Shown: positions 8,192 through 17,229, counted from the stretch's first letter. The stretch: 32,000 nucleotides of DNA from Nostoc sp. FACHB-110 (GCF_014697425.1 NZ_JACJRU010000042.1:36693-68692); one strand, 5' to 3'. Made by a program: numbers and translations. Notes: generated by a model from the letters alone, not told the origin.

Positions 8192-9559
8192 ATGAACACT
8201 CCAGTTTATCAAACGGTAATTGTCGGTGGTGGTTTTACCGGATTATTTACAGCCTTACATTTAGCTCACGAACATTATCCGCGATCGGTAATTTTAATCG
8301 ATCAAAATGAGCGATTTTGCTTTAAGCCGTTGCTGTATGAATATTTTGATGGTGAGATGGATTCTGTACAAGTTGTACCGCGTTTTTCCGAGTTACTGCG
8401 AGGTAGTGGAGTCATCTTTGTCCAAGATACAGTACAGTCTATAGACTTACATCAAAAAGAAGTTAAATTAGTTTCTGGTAGCTCTTACAACTACAGCAAT
8501 TTAGTCTTAGCTTTAGGCAGTGTTTCTGGTTTTCATCGGGTTACAGGTGCTAAAGAAAATGCCTTTGGTTTTTGGACACAAGCAGATGCAATTGCCCTAG
8601 ATAAACATTTACGTGATTGTTTGCAAAAAGCCATCCAAACAGAAGATATAGAACAACGTCGCCAACTATTAACAGTGGTGATAGTTGGCGGTGGTGCGTC
8701 GGGTGTAGAAATGGCAGCCACTTTAGCAGATTTTCTGCCACATTGGTACGATGCTTTAGGCGGAAATGCGGCGGAAATTCGGATTATAATTCTCAATCAT
8801 GGTCAAAAAATTCTCGATGGCGATATTAACGATCCGTTACGTCCAATCGCTGAGAAAGAATTACAAAAACGTGCTATTAGAGTTGAGATTATCACCGCAG
8901 CAGAAGCTACGGCTGTTCATCCAAACGCCGTTGAATATCAAAGCAATAATGAAACTAAAATACTGCCAACCTATACGACAATCTGGAATGCCGGCACTTC
9001 GATTCATCCTTTAATTCAAGAGTTGCCAATTCCTCCAGAACATCGAGATCATCATCATCGACCTTTAGTTACTCCTACTTTACAATTGCTCGACTTTCCA
9101 GAAGTATTTGCTGGTGGTGATTGTGCCGCAATTGAAGATATTTCTCTACCCCCAACTGCCCAAGTAGCTTATCAACAAGGAGCAAATATCGCACACAATT
9201 TGAAAGCACAGGCTCTCGGAGAAGACCTCAAACCCGCTCAAGTTAATATCCGAGGCACTCTGTTAAAATTAGGATTAAATGATGCTGCTGCTAACTTATT
9301 TAATATTTTTGAAGTTGTCGGTGAACCTGCACATTTAATCCGTCAAGCCACTTATTTAACACTATTACCAACCCCAATTCATGACTTTCAAGCCACTACA
9401 GAATGGTTAGATGAAGAAATATTTCATCACCACCTTGACAGTGATAGGATTGGGAAAAAAGTGGTGCAGGCTGTGGAATTAGTCGGTGCTGGCGTTGTCG
9501 GTGTTTTAGTGGCGAGGAAATTATTACAAATGTTGGGTAACGAAGCAAAAAAAGACTAG
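8192..9559 (+). CDS. type-2 NAD(P)H:quinone oxidoreductase (NDH-2 family flavoprotein)
   Basis: Two Rossmann motifs VIVGGGFTGL and VIVGGGASGVE, plus GGDCA. The track start at 8135 adds 19 residues that overlap the upstream ORF. Confidence 0.9.
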   Translation: MNTPVYQTVIVGGGFTGLFTALHLAHEHYPRSVILIDQNERFCFKPLLYEYFDGEMDSVQVVPRFSELLRGSGVIFVQDTVQSIDLHQKEVKLVSGSSYNYSNLVLALGSVSGFHRVTGAKENAFGFWTQADAIALDKHLRDCLQKAIQTEDIEQRRQLLTVVIVGGGASGVEMAATLADFLPHWYDALGGNAAEIRIIILNHGQKILDGDINDPLRPIAEKELQKRAIRVEIITAAEATAVHPNAVEYQSNNETKILPTYTTIWNAGTSIHPLIQELPIPPEHRDHHHRPLVTPTLQLLDFPEVFAGGDCAAIEDISLPPTAQVAYQQGANIAHNLKAQALGEDLKPAQVNIRGTLLKLGLNDAAANLFNIFEVVGEPAHLIRQATYLTLLPTPIHDFQATTEWLDEEIFHHHLDSDRIGKKVVQAVELVGAGVVGVLVARKLLQMLGNEAKKD

Positions 9560-9826
9560 TATAAAGTATAAAAAGGCTATTGGCTATAGGTTGGGATAAA
9601 CCATATATTAAAGATGGTGTAGGCGACACAATCTTTAATACATAGTTCATACTTTTGTCATATTTTTGTAATCAATTTGTCAATCAGACGTGTGATGCTA
9701 TAGCTCTGGATTGATACATAAAGACATTCCAGCGTCTTCAGAAGAGTTTAAGAAAGCCCAAATTAAATTTCCAATAACTCTTCAAAATAAGATGGCAAAA
9801 TTCCTCATTTTGAGAAGGAGTCCAAT

Positions 9827-10231
9827 ATGAATTGGAAAGTAATTGCTTTGCTTCCTGCTATAGCTATAGCTACTGCTTTACCCGCATACTCTGTAACTAA
9901 AGGTCAAACACCTAATCAAGCTACAACAGCTACCCACGCAGCACCAACTATCCAAGCAAATAGCACTAAAAAAGTTAATACTGTGAAAAAGACTACTGTC
10001 AAAAAGCAGTCTACTAATGTTGCTAAACGTAGTACTGTACTGACGGTAGGTAGTAAGGGAGAAGCAGTTAAAACTGCACAAAATTTGTTAAAGCAAAAAG
10101 GATTTTACACCGGAGAGGTTAATGGTGTATTTGATAAAAATACTCGCGCAGCAGTAATTAAATTCCAAAAGTCGAAAAAATTAAGAGCAGACGGAATAAT
10201 TGGTAGTAGAACTTTAGCCGCTCTTCAATAA
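9827..10231 (+). CDS. secreted peptidoglycan-binding (PG_binding_1) domain protein
   Basis: Signal peptide MNWKVIALLPAIAIATALPAYS and a C-terminal GEAVKTAQNLLKQKGFYTGEVNGVFDKNTRAAVIKFQ...DGIIGSRTLAAL. Confidence 0.8.
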   Translation: MNWKVIALLPAIAIATALPAYSVTKGQTPNQATTATHAAPTIQANSTKKVNTVKKTTVKKQSTNVAKRSTVLTVGSKGEAVKTAQNLLKQKGFYTGEVNGVFDKNTRAAVIKFQKSKKLRADGIIGSRTLAALQ

Positions 10232-10460
10232 CAAGGTTGACTCAGTTTCTTTCTGAACCTTAAATTTAACCCACTCAATACCGAAATTTTCAGTATGTCA
10301 TGTTTGTGGGTAAATTTATCACTATGTCACAAACAATTAAGCAGAAGAATTAGAGTTACATCTTAAGTTTTGAGTAATAATTCAGCACATTTTAAGTGCT
10401 GTACTTATCCTTTTTTCTGATTTTTGAATTTCTCTGGTATCGCATCTAAGTACATCTGTG

Positions 10461-10499
10461 CTCGTTTTCAACAGGTTTGAGAACGAGTAATTTTCTTTT
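10461..10499 (+). terminator. terminator-like hairpin in an ORF-free region
   Basis: ctcgttttc / aacaggttt / gagaacgag (one mismatch) followed by taattttctttt. The nearest upstream + gene ends at 10231. Confidence 0.35.
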
Positions 10500-10565
10500 G
10501 GGGCTGTTAAATCAGCGTCACGACACTTAGTCTAGGGAAAATGCGATCGCCTGACAATCCTTACA

Positions 10566-10678
10566 ATATCATGTCCACTAAAAGACTTATCCTCAAGACC
10601 GCAGGGGGCAAGGAGAGGAAGAGTTTTATCTTTCTCCACAGATGTGTTGAATCATAACTGATTGGCCGGACATGACAT
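10566..10678 (+). repeat. dispersed ~110-nt element with terminal inverted repeats, copy B
   Basis: Termini atatcatgtcc (10566-10576) and ggacatgacat (10668-10678). Aligns with the reverse complement of 3039-3146. Confidence 0.8.
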
Positions 10679-10860
10679 AACATATAAATGTCCAAAGGCT
10701 GACCTCGTTTCTATGACAAAATCTAATCGAACATATAAAAATACATATATTTAATAAGCTTTTGTAATATTGTAGTTTTTCCTATGGCTTTTTAATTTAA
10801 TATTTTCTTTAGATTCTCAAAGCCCCGGATACATCCTTATCATCAGATAGAGCTAGAGTA

Positions 10861-11091
10861 ATGAACATCAACCTCATCAATTCCAAAATATTACGCCAAT
10901 TTTGGTCTATAGTCGAGCAAACTCAAAGCAGCACCCTTCTCGGACTGAATGATTCAGATTTAGTCAAACTGTTGTTAGGTCAGATTGAGAACAACAAAAC
11001 TCTAAATCATGAAGAAACCAGCACTTTGACTGAATATATTTACTCCAAAACTTTGCTAATACGGGATTTAGCGCAAGCGCGCTCTGCATGA
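10861..11091 (+). CDS. hypothetical protein (76 aa)
   Basis: ATG ORF in a long intergenic region with helical-looking sequence. No family recognised. Confidence 0.4.
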   Translation: MNINLINSKILRQFWSIVEQTQSSTLLGLNDSDLVKLLLGQIENNKTLNHEETSTLTEYIYSKTLLIRDLAQARSA

Positions 11092-11520
11092 GCGAGCATT
11101 GAATTATCTCATGTTCGCAGATTCTCATATCCGCCCATTTCAAAATTACCTAAAATTAACTTGCTGATTATGGCAATAGAATATATTTGAGCTAATTTGC
11201 CAATCTCAGCTTTTAGTTATTTGAGCATTAAAAATGTATAGCCATTCTCAATCATTAACTAGGAATGCAAACCTTGGTTTTTTAGTAAAACTAAGGTTTG
11301 CAAATTTTGATGGTTATGCTAATAATCGATGTAGTTTCGATATTCCATAAGTAAAATTGCTCGATAAAAGTCATCAATGAGAGCCAAACAAATCTTTGAC
11401 TTGTGCTGCTTCACAGACAATTAACTTAGCATCATAAGTCAGGTAGAGCTTGAAAAAATATATCAAGCAGCAAGATTCTCCGCATAGCTAACTAGATCCT
11501 GCCCAAGATTCATCCCCAAG

Positions 11521-12003
11521 TTATGTAATAAATGTAGATTTAGCGTACATTGCAGCTTGACCACAATATTGATGCTGCTCATCTACAAGATTCCAAAGAA
11601 TGCCATCTTCGATATAGAAACGTTTACCTGTGCTGGTGATGCGGATACCGGAGTAATAGCAAAAGCCTTTAGTAGCTGCCTCAGATAATAAGCGATCGCG
11701 CTCTGTTTGTTCTACCTCTTCCGCCGATTTTCGTGAAGGCGTTTGGGTAAATTCTTCCCAAGTCATTTCCCATTGTGTTAAAGCCTGATGATTGCCATAG
11801 TTAAAGATGGGGTCTGCTCCTGTGCCGTGAGAAACTAAGACAAATGGTGCTGCAAATAATTTCTCTGCTACTGCTTCTGGGGTAAAATTCACATCTAAAT
11901 CTAACAAAGAACTTCCTGTCCAATGCTGAAAACTGTTGAGTAAGCGTTGACTGTGGCGAATGATGCGTGCTTGTTGCCAAGGAAAGGCGATCGCGTTGGA
12001 CAT
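11521..12003 (-). CDS. MEKHLA (PAS-like) domain protein
   Basis: FVLVSHGTGADPIFNYGNHQALTQWEMTWEEFTQTPSR...ERDRLL...KGF...YSGIRITSTGKRF matches the MEKHLA pattern shared with plant HD-ZIP III C-termini. Confidence 0.8.
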   Translation of the reverse strand: MSNAIAFPWQQARIIRHSQRLLNSFQHWTGSSLLDLDVNFTPEAVAEKLFAAPFVLVSHGTGADPIFNYGNHQALTQWEMTWEEFTQTPSRKSAEEVEQTERDRLLSEAATKGFCYYSGIRITSTGKRFYIEDGILWNLVDEQHQYCGQAAMYAKSTFIT

Positions 12004-12145
12004 AAAAAAGCGAAAATATAATCCTCAGAATTTAGTATGTCAAAATTTGGCACTTTTAGCCGCAAATTTCCTCAGCTATAGAGATTGACGATGATTCACT
12101 CAAGCTGAAATGATGCCAATTAATCCACATTATTTTAGCTAGTTC

Positions 12146-12769
12146 ATGTTTTTTCGCAATTCTTTAGAAAATCAACTGCAATACTGGAACAATATCATCC
12201 GCAGTCAACAAAATAATCCCCAGGCTTATGTTCGGCGGGGGATGGTGCAATTTCAGCTAGCCAAAATTGATGAATCTATTCAAGATTTTGATCTGGCGGA
12301 AAAATTAGATAATCGCCTTACTCCCTACCTTTGGCAGCGCGGTTTATCTTATTATTATGCCGAAGAATTTACCGCAGGAGTTCAACAATTTGAAATAGAT
12401 TTAACGGTTAATGGTCATGATGTTGAAGAAACAGTGTGGCGATATCTTTGTATGGCTCGTTTAGCAGGTGTAGAAGCTGCATATAATTCCTTATTAACTG
12501 TAAATAATGATCCTCGGCGTGTCATGCGGTATGTATATGATTTATTTGCTAGAAATTGCACACCAGATGATTTATTAAATATTGGTAAGTCAGAAGGAGT
12601 TAAAGGTAACTTTTATAGCCATCTTTATTTAGGATTGTATTACGAAGCCGAGAATCAGGCAGATTTAGCGCAAGAATATATAGTCAAAGCGGCTAATAAT
12701 TACAAAATTGATGATTATATGTGGTATTTAGCAACGGTGCATACAAAACTGCGAAAATGGTTGAAATAA
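12146..12769 (+). CDS. TPR-like helical repeat protein (NlpI-like fold)
   Basis: 207 aa with TPR-like pairs (AYVRRGMVQFQLAKIDESIQDFDLAEKLD..., FYSHLYLGLYYEAENQADLAQEYIVKA). Confidence 0.65.
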   Translation: MFFRNSLENQLQYWNNIIRSQQNNPQAYVRRGMVQFQLAKIDESIQDFDLAEKLDNRLTPYLWQRGLSYYYAEEFTAGVQQFEIDLTVNGHDVEETVWRYLCMARLAGVEAAYNSLLTVNNDPRRVMRYVYDLFARNCTPDDLLNIGKSEGVKGNFYSHLYLGLYYEAENQADLAQEYIVKAANNYKIDDYMWYLATVHTKLRKWLK

Positions 12770-12808
12770 TTGATCAAATATCCAGTTTCGGCGCATCCAT
12801 TTAAATTA

Positions 12809-13516
12809 ATGACTAACAGTGATTTACTCGGATTATTAGCATCTTACACTTACGCCATCAGCTTACTGGTTTTGGGAGAAGGATTGCGTAGGCTGTTGGG
12901 AATTAAGCCTGATTTAACCCGCAAGTTTATCCATATTAGTGCGGGGATGTGGGTGTTTGGCGTACTGTCGCTATTTCAACATTGGCAAATTGGGATTATT
13001 CCTTTTGCCAGTTTTATTGGCGTTAATTATCTGCTGTACCGTTATCGCGTTGTCGGTGCAATGGATACGGAAGATAGTTCTCCGGGTACTGTTTATTTTG
13101 CAATTTCAGTGACGCTACTTTTTGCTTTACTGTGGCGGCCGGATGGTGCAGTTGATAATGTCCCCATTGCGGTAGCTGGAGTGATGGCGATGACTTGGGG
13201 TGATGCTTTGGCTGCATTAATTGGGAAGCGTTTTGGCAAACATCAATATCAAGTCGGTTCATCTGTGCGTTCTTGGGAAGGTTCGGTGGCGATGTTCTTA
13301 GCTAGTGGAACAGCAATGTTTTTAGTGTTGCTGTTGTTACCGGGTTCATTTCTTAGTCCGTTAGCTGTTTCTCTGAGTGGGACAAAGGCTTTATCAATAG
13401 CGTTAGTTAGTGCTAGTTTTGCCACTTTAGTAGAAGCAATATCGCCCCACGGAACGGATAATTTGAGTGTACCGTTAGTTGCATCTGGGGTAATTTGGGT
13501 ATTGATGCAGGTTTAA
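12809..13516 (+). CDS. phytol kinase / polyprenol (dolichol) kinase family membrane protein
   Basis: TRKFIHISAG, WGDALAALIGKRFGKH and RSWEGSVAMF motifs of the CTP-dependent kinase/cytidylyltransferase family. The track start at 12770 is TTG and 12809 is the first ATG. Confidence 0.75.
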   Translation: MTNSDLLGLLASYTYAISLLVLGEGLRRLLGIKPDLTRKFIHISAGMWVFGVLSLFQHWQIGIIPFASFIGVNYLLYRYRVVGAMDTEDSSPGTVYFAISVTLLFALLWRPDGAVDNVPIAVAGVMAMTWGDALAALIGKRFGKHQYQVGSSVRSWEGSVAMFLASGTAMFLVLLLLPGSFLSPLAVSLSGTKALSIALVSASFATLVEAISPHGTDNLSVPLVASGVIWVLMQV

Positions 13517-13612
13517 TTTATTGTCTGTGCCAAACGATGGGTGTTATCTCCGTTTTCCCCAAGTATCTTAAAGAATCTGCAACTATAAAAATATGATTTG
13601 GAGAAAATCAGT

Positions 13613-14329
13613 ATGAGTACAAGTCAAAGAGTTGCTGTTGTGACTGGGGGAAATCGTGGGTTAGGATTTGAAGCCTCTCGTCAATTGGCTAAACAAGGAT
13701 ATAAGGTAATTCTCACGAGTAGGGATGAAGATAAAGGTCAAGCCGCCGCTAACAAGTTACAAGCTGAAGGATTAGATGTAATTTCTTATCCTCTGGATGT
13801 GACAAGTGAAGCAAGCAGTCAAAATTTAGCTCAGTTTATTCATCAGCAATTTGGCAAGCTTGATGTATTAGTCAATAATGCAGCTATATATATTGATGCT
13901 CAAACAGGCAGCAATAACATTTTAAATGCCAAAATTGACACTTTGTCTAAAACAATTGAGACAAATGTTTTTGGTGTTGTGCGTGTAACTCAAGCATTAA
14001 TTCCATTAATGCAGGCACAAAATTACGGGCGAATTGTCAATGTTTCTTCGGGAATGGGACAATTAACAGATATGACAGGTGGTTCACCAGGCTATCGCAT
14101 TTCTAAAACAGCTTTAAATGCCGTGACCAGAATTTTTGCCAGTGAATTATCAGGTACAAATATATTAGTTAATTCGATGTGTCCTGGTTGGGTAAAAACT
14201 GATATGGGTGGTTCCAATGCGCCACGTACTCCAGAGCAAGGCGTGGATACAATGGTATGGTTGGCGACACTTCCCGATGATGGCACGACTGGAGGATTTT
14301 TCCGCGATCGCCAACCCATAGATTGGTAA
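13613..14329 (+). CDS. short-chain dehydrogenase/reductase (carbonyl-reductase-like)
   Basis: VVTGGNRGLG, NNAA, and S...YRISK catalytic motifs. ATG preceded by GGAG. Confidence 0.9.
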   Translation: MSTSQRVAVVTGGNRGLGFEASRQLAKQGYKVILTSRDEDKGQAAANKLQAEGLDVISYPLDVTSEASSQNLAQFIHQQFGKLDVLVNNAAIYIDAQTGSNNILNAKIDTLSKTIETNVFGVVRVTQALIPLMQAQNYGRIVNVSSGMGQLTDMTGGSPGYRISKTALNAVTRIFASELSGTNILVNSMCPGWVKTDMGGSNAPRTPEQGVDTMVWLATLPDDGTTGGFFRDRQPIDW

Positions 14330-14816
14330 AATTTGGGCAATCATCATCAAAAATTGATTTAGTAAATTGCTGTTTAATATGTAAAAATATTTTGTTTTTA
14401 ATAATAATTAATATTGCCAACTCAGATGATTTATAAAATTTCCCTGACATGGCGATCGTGGGTGAGATGATCTCAAGAATCGAGGGCAAACTGTGTGGGC
14501 TGATACAATAATTTCTTGATAGCTATTATATGCTTTTCAAAGCCCTTTACTTTTACCCTTATGGCGGAAATATCCGCTAAAAAAAGCACCAAAGCATAGA
14601 TAATTACACCTGCTCGAATAGGGTTGATCAACATCAACCAAATGTTACAATTACTCATGCAGGAAAATTACTACGCTTTGGTGATTTACTTATTCTAAAA
14701 AGCAATTTCACACTTCACCCTTGATACTTCCTGTCCATTGATTGGGCGATCGCGCATACAAAATTCCCCCATTCGCCATTACAATCGATTTGCTGGGATA
14801 CTCAGCAAAATTGTAA

Positions 14817-15434
14817 TTGCTAAATTGTCTGCCTGTGGTTACTTCCGTGTTACCGACTATCAACGCCCTAAAGCAACCCACCTCTGATGCTTGGGTAGAA
14901 CAAGCACTAGCAAATTTAGATATTGTTTTACTTGACCATTCTCACTGCGAACGCAAAGCAGCAGGCGTGGCGTTAAATTTTATGTTTCGCTATCCTTCTA
15001 ATACCAAAATGGTAAGAGAATTAACTGCGATCGCCCGTGAAGAATTAGAACACTTTGAACTCGTCAACCAGTGGCTAGAACGCCGCAATATTCCCCTAGC
15101 ACCATTACCGCCGCCTCCTTATGGTGCAGGCTTAAAAGCGGCTGTCCGTCCCAACGAACCCCACCGCTTTTTAGATTCCTTGCTAGTTACAGGCTTAATT
15201 GAAGCGCGTAGCCACGAACGCCTCGGACTTTTAGCAAAGCACTGTCCTGAACCTGAGTTAGCTAAATTTTATCAAGGCTTGATGGCTTCTGAAGCACGGC
15301 ACTTTGGTACATATTGGGTTTTAGCAGATACTTATTTTGACCGAGAAATTGTCACGCAGCGACTTGATGAATTAGCAATTGTTGAAAGTGAACTGCTAAC
15401 AAACCTGCATCCAGAACCTAGAATTCACAGTTAG
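14817..15434 (+). CDS. miaE: tRNA-(ms2io6A)-hydroxylase MiaE (diiron ferritin-like)
   Basis: DHSHCERKAAGVALNFMFRYP, EELEHF and SEARHF motifs. The start is uncertain (TTG 14817 or GTG 14847). Confidence 0.8.
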   Translation: MLNCLPVVTSVLPTINALKQPTSDAWVEQALANLDIVLLDHSHCERKAAGVALNFMFRYPSNTKMVRELTAIAREELEHFELVNQWLERRNIPLAPLPPPPYGAGLKAAVRPNEPHRFLDSLLVTGLIEARSHERLGLLAKHCPEPELAKFYQGLMASEARHFGTYWVLADTYFDREIVTQRLDELAIVESELLTNLHPEPRIHS

Positions 15435-15508
15435 GATGATTCTTGCACCGTGCGTAAGCCGTGTAAGCCATAAAACAATATAATTACGTAATACTTGTAA
15501 TAGTTATT

Positions 15509-15913
15509 ATGCTTCAGTTAACACATATCAGGCTGCTAGTAACCAACTATAAAGACTGTTTTCTCTTCTACCGTGATGTGTTGGGCTTTGGGATTGATTG
15601 GGGTGATGAAACTACTGGGTATGCTGAATTACACACAGGTGGTAATCTCAAGCTAGCTTTATTTAGAAAAGACTTTATGGCTGAAGCAATTCCTAGTGCT
15701 TATTTACCTTCGGCTTTGGAATGCCAAAATAAAATGGCCTTGATTTTTGCAGTCGATAACGTTGATCAAGTGTTTGAAAGACTCAAAGAAAGTAACGCCA
15801 CAGTTGTTACCCAACCTTTAGATAGACCTGTATGGGGACTGCGTACCGCCCATTTTCGTGACCCTGATGGTAACTTAATTGAAATTTTCAGCAATCTGGG
15901 AACGGTAAATTAG
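15509..15913 (+). CDS. VOC / glyoxalase-bleomycin-resistance family protein
   Basis: 134 aa. Ends in RTAHFRDPDGNLIEIF, typical of the VOC fold. Confidence 0.85.
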   Translation: MLQLTHIRLLVTNYKDCFLFYRDVLGFGIDWGDETTGYAELHTGGNLKLALFRKDFMAEAIPSAYLPSALECQNKMALIFAVDNVDQVFERLKESNATVVTQPLDRPVWGLRTAHFRDPDGNLIEIFSNLGTVN

Positions 15914-15948
15914 AGTTTTTCTAACACTTACTATTCAAAATTGGGTAA

Positions 15949-16284
15949 TTAGCCGACAGCAAACTCAGTAAATTGCCGTTTAAAGGGAGAATGAAAAGCC
16001 AGGACAATATCTTGTTTTGGTACACCTCGACTAATCAATTCATAAGCAATACCGCCTTCAGTACCATCGTGCTGAATCCAGATTTTTTCGTTTTTAATAT
16101 CGAGATGTAAAACACAACCATATACGCGCCGCTTATTTGACCAGCCGACATGAACTAGTTGATAGCGATCGCGTTCTCGATCAAAAATAACTTCAGCTTC
16201 TACTTCTTCATTACTAGCTTTAATTTCGCTATAACTTTGTAAAAGTTCTTGAATTATTTGCCGATATTGTTCTAATTTTGCCAT
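15949..16284 (-). CDS. xisI: XisI family protein
   Basis: YRQIIQELLQSY...FDRERDRYQLVHVGW...YGCVLHLDIKNEKIWIQHDGTE...LISRGVPKQDIVLAFH matches the XisI pattern. Confidence 0.9.
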   Translation of the reverse strand: MAKLEQYRQIIQELLQSYSEIKASNEEVEAEVIFDRERDRYQLVHVGWSNKRRVYGCVLHLDIKNEKIWIQHDGTEGGIAYELISRGVPKQDIVLAFHSPFKRQFTEFAVG

Positions 16285-16688
16285 TTAATAATCGCCTCCT
16301 CGTCTGGAGAAAAAATAATCAATCGCACTTGGTAGCGTTGAATTAGCAAGCGTGGTAGTTCTAAAGTAAAAAAGGCACGATAAGTATCAAAAGGAACCGC
16401 TAAATATAAAAGTCTTTCTGGTTGTTCTTCTTCCAGTGCTAATTGATATTTGAGAAATTGACCCAAAGCTGTACTAAACTCAGTTGTAGCAGATGGACTG
16501 ACAAAACTTTTGACTTCCACAGCAATTTTTTCTTCACCTCGTTCCGCCGCGAGAATGTTTTCTGCACCAAGGTCGATGTACATATCTAATCCACCAAAAC
16601 GCAGGAAAAGAGGATCATGAGTAATATGCCATCCTTCTTTCTCTAATGCGTGTCTGACTGCATCATGAAAAATATCCTTTGCTGCCAT
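16272..16688 (-). CDS. xisH: XisH family protein (endonuclease-like fold)
   Basis: MAAKDIFHDAVRHALEKEGWHITHDPL...DLGAE...IAVEVKSF matches the XisH pattern. Overlaps xisI by 13 nt. Confidence 0.9.
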   Translation of the reverse strand: MAAKDIFHDAVRHALEKEGWHITHDPLFLRFGGLDMYIDLGAENILAAERGEEKIAVEVKSFVSPSATTEFSTALGQFLKYQLALEEEQPERLLYLAVPFDTYRAFFTLELPRLLIQRYQVRLIIFSPDEEAIIKWQN

Positions 16689-16741
16689 AGATTTATATAC
16701 TATGCCTTCATGTACCTTTTAATTGATGCTAATTGTGTGAC

Positions 16742-17089
16742 TCAAGATGCTAAAACGCGAGGAATAATAGTTTTTTGAATTTCTTTACCTACAGTTTGTT
16801 CAGCTAACCTCAACTCATAATTTTTCTGAAGATTTAGCCAAAATTCTCCACCAGTCCCAAAATATTGACCTAATCGCAAAGCTGTATCAGCAGTTATGCC
16901 TCTTTTTCCATTGATAATTTCGGTAATTCTGTTTTTAGGAACATGGAGAACACGGGCTAAATCACTCGCAAGTGCGACGAGTGTTAATTCAAGCGATCGG
17001 TTATGATCACATGTGTGAGGAATTACAAGCCAAAGTACTGGACTCTTGGCAAGCATACACATTAATCTGCATCGTTGATGTCGAACCAA
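16742..17089 (-). CDS. higA: HigA-family antitoxin HTH (XRE) domain; orphan, N-terminal ~38 aa non-homologous
   Basis: LASDLARVLHVPKNRITEIINGKRGITADTALRLGQYFGTGGEFWLNLQKNYEL is canonical HigA. The usual N-terminal IHPGE segment and an upstream higB are absent. Residues 1-38 are antisense to the neighbouring + fragment. Confidence 0.6.
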   Translation of the reverse strand: MVRHQRCRLMCMLAKSPVLWLVIPHTCDHNRSLELTLVALASDLARVLHVPKNRITEIINGKRGITADTALRLGQYFGTGGEFWLNLQKNYELRLAEQTVGKEIQKTIIPRVLAS

Positions 17090-17229
17090 TTCATTTATTG
17101 AAGATGACTTGCCCTAGCACGGGCAGAATACATACACTCAGAGTACCACCTAAGATTATCTCTGCTAGAGTTGCGATTCGGTGGATAAATTGGGATATAG
17201 ATCCAGAAGACTTTTCTGTACAAACCTAA
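16972..17229 (+). pseudogene. C-terminal fragment of a conserved cyanobacterial hypothetical protein (...LLKMTCPSTG.IH.LRVPP...AIRW.NW.IDPE.F.VQT)
   Basis: GTG-initiated 85-aa ORF. From recollection, the sequence resembles only the C-terminal part of longer Nostocales proteins. The same frame has a stop 36 nt upstream at 16936-16938. Not searched. Confidence 0.35.

Noticed and set aside
8533-9650. Alternative-frame and antisense ORFs within the NDH-2 gene (8533-8796, 8550-8741, 8617-8829, 8799-9014, 9396-9650)
   Set aside because: They overlap a gene with clear Rossmann motifs and have no recognisable protein features.
14092-14658. Minus-strand ORFs overlapping or following the SDR 3' end (14092-14340, 14165-14350, 14169-14489, 14473-14658)
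   Set aside because: The first three overlap the SDR coding region antisense. The 61-aa ORF at 14473-14658 is hydrophobic and could be a small membrane protein, but there is no supporting signal, so it was not called.
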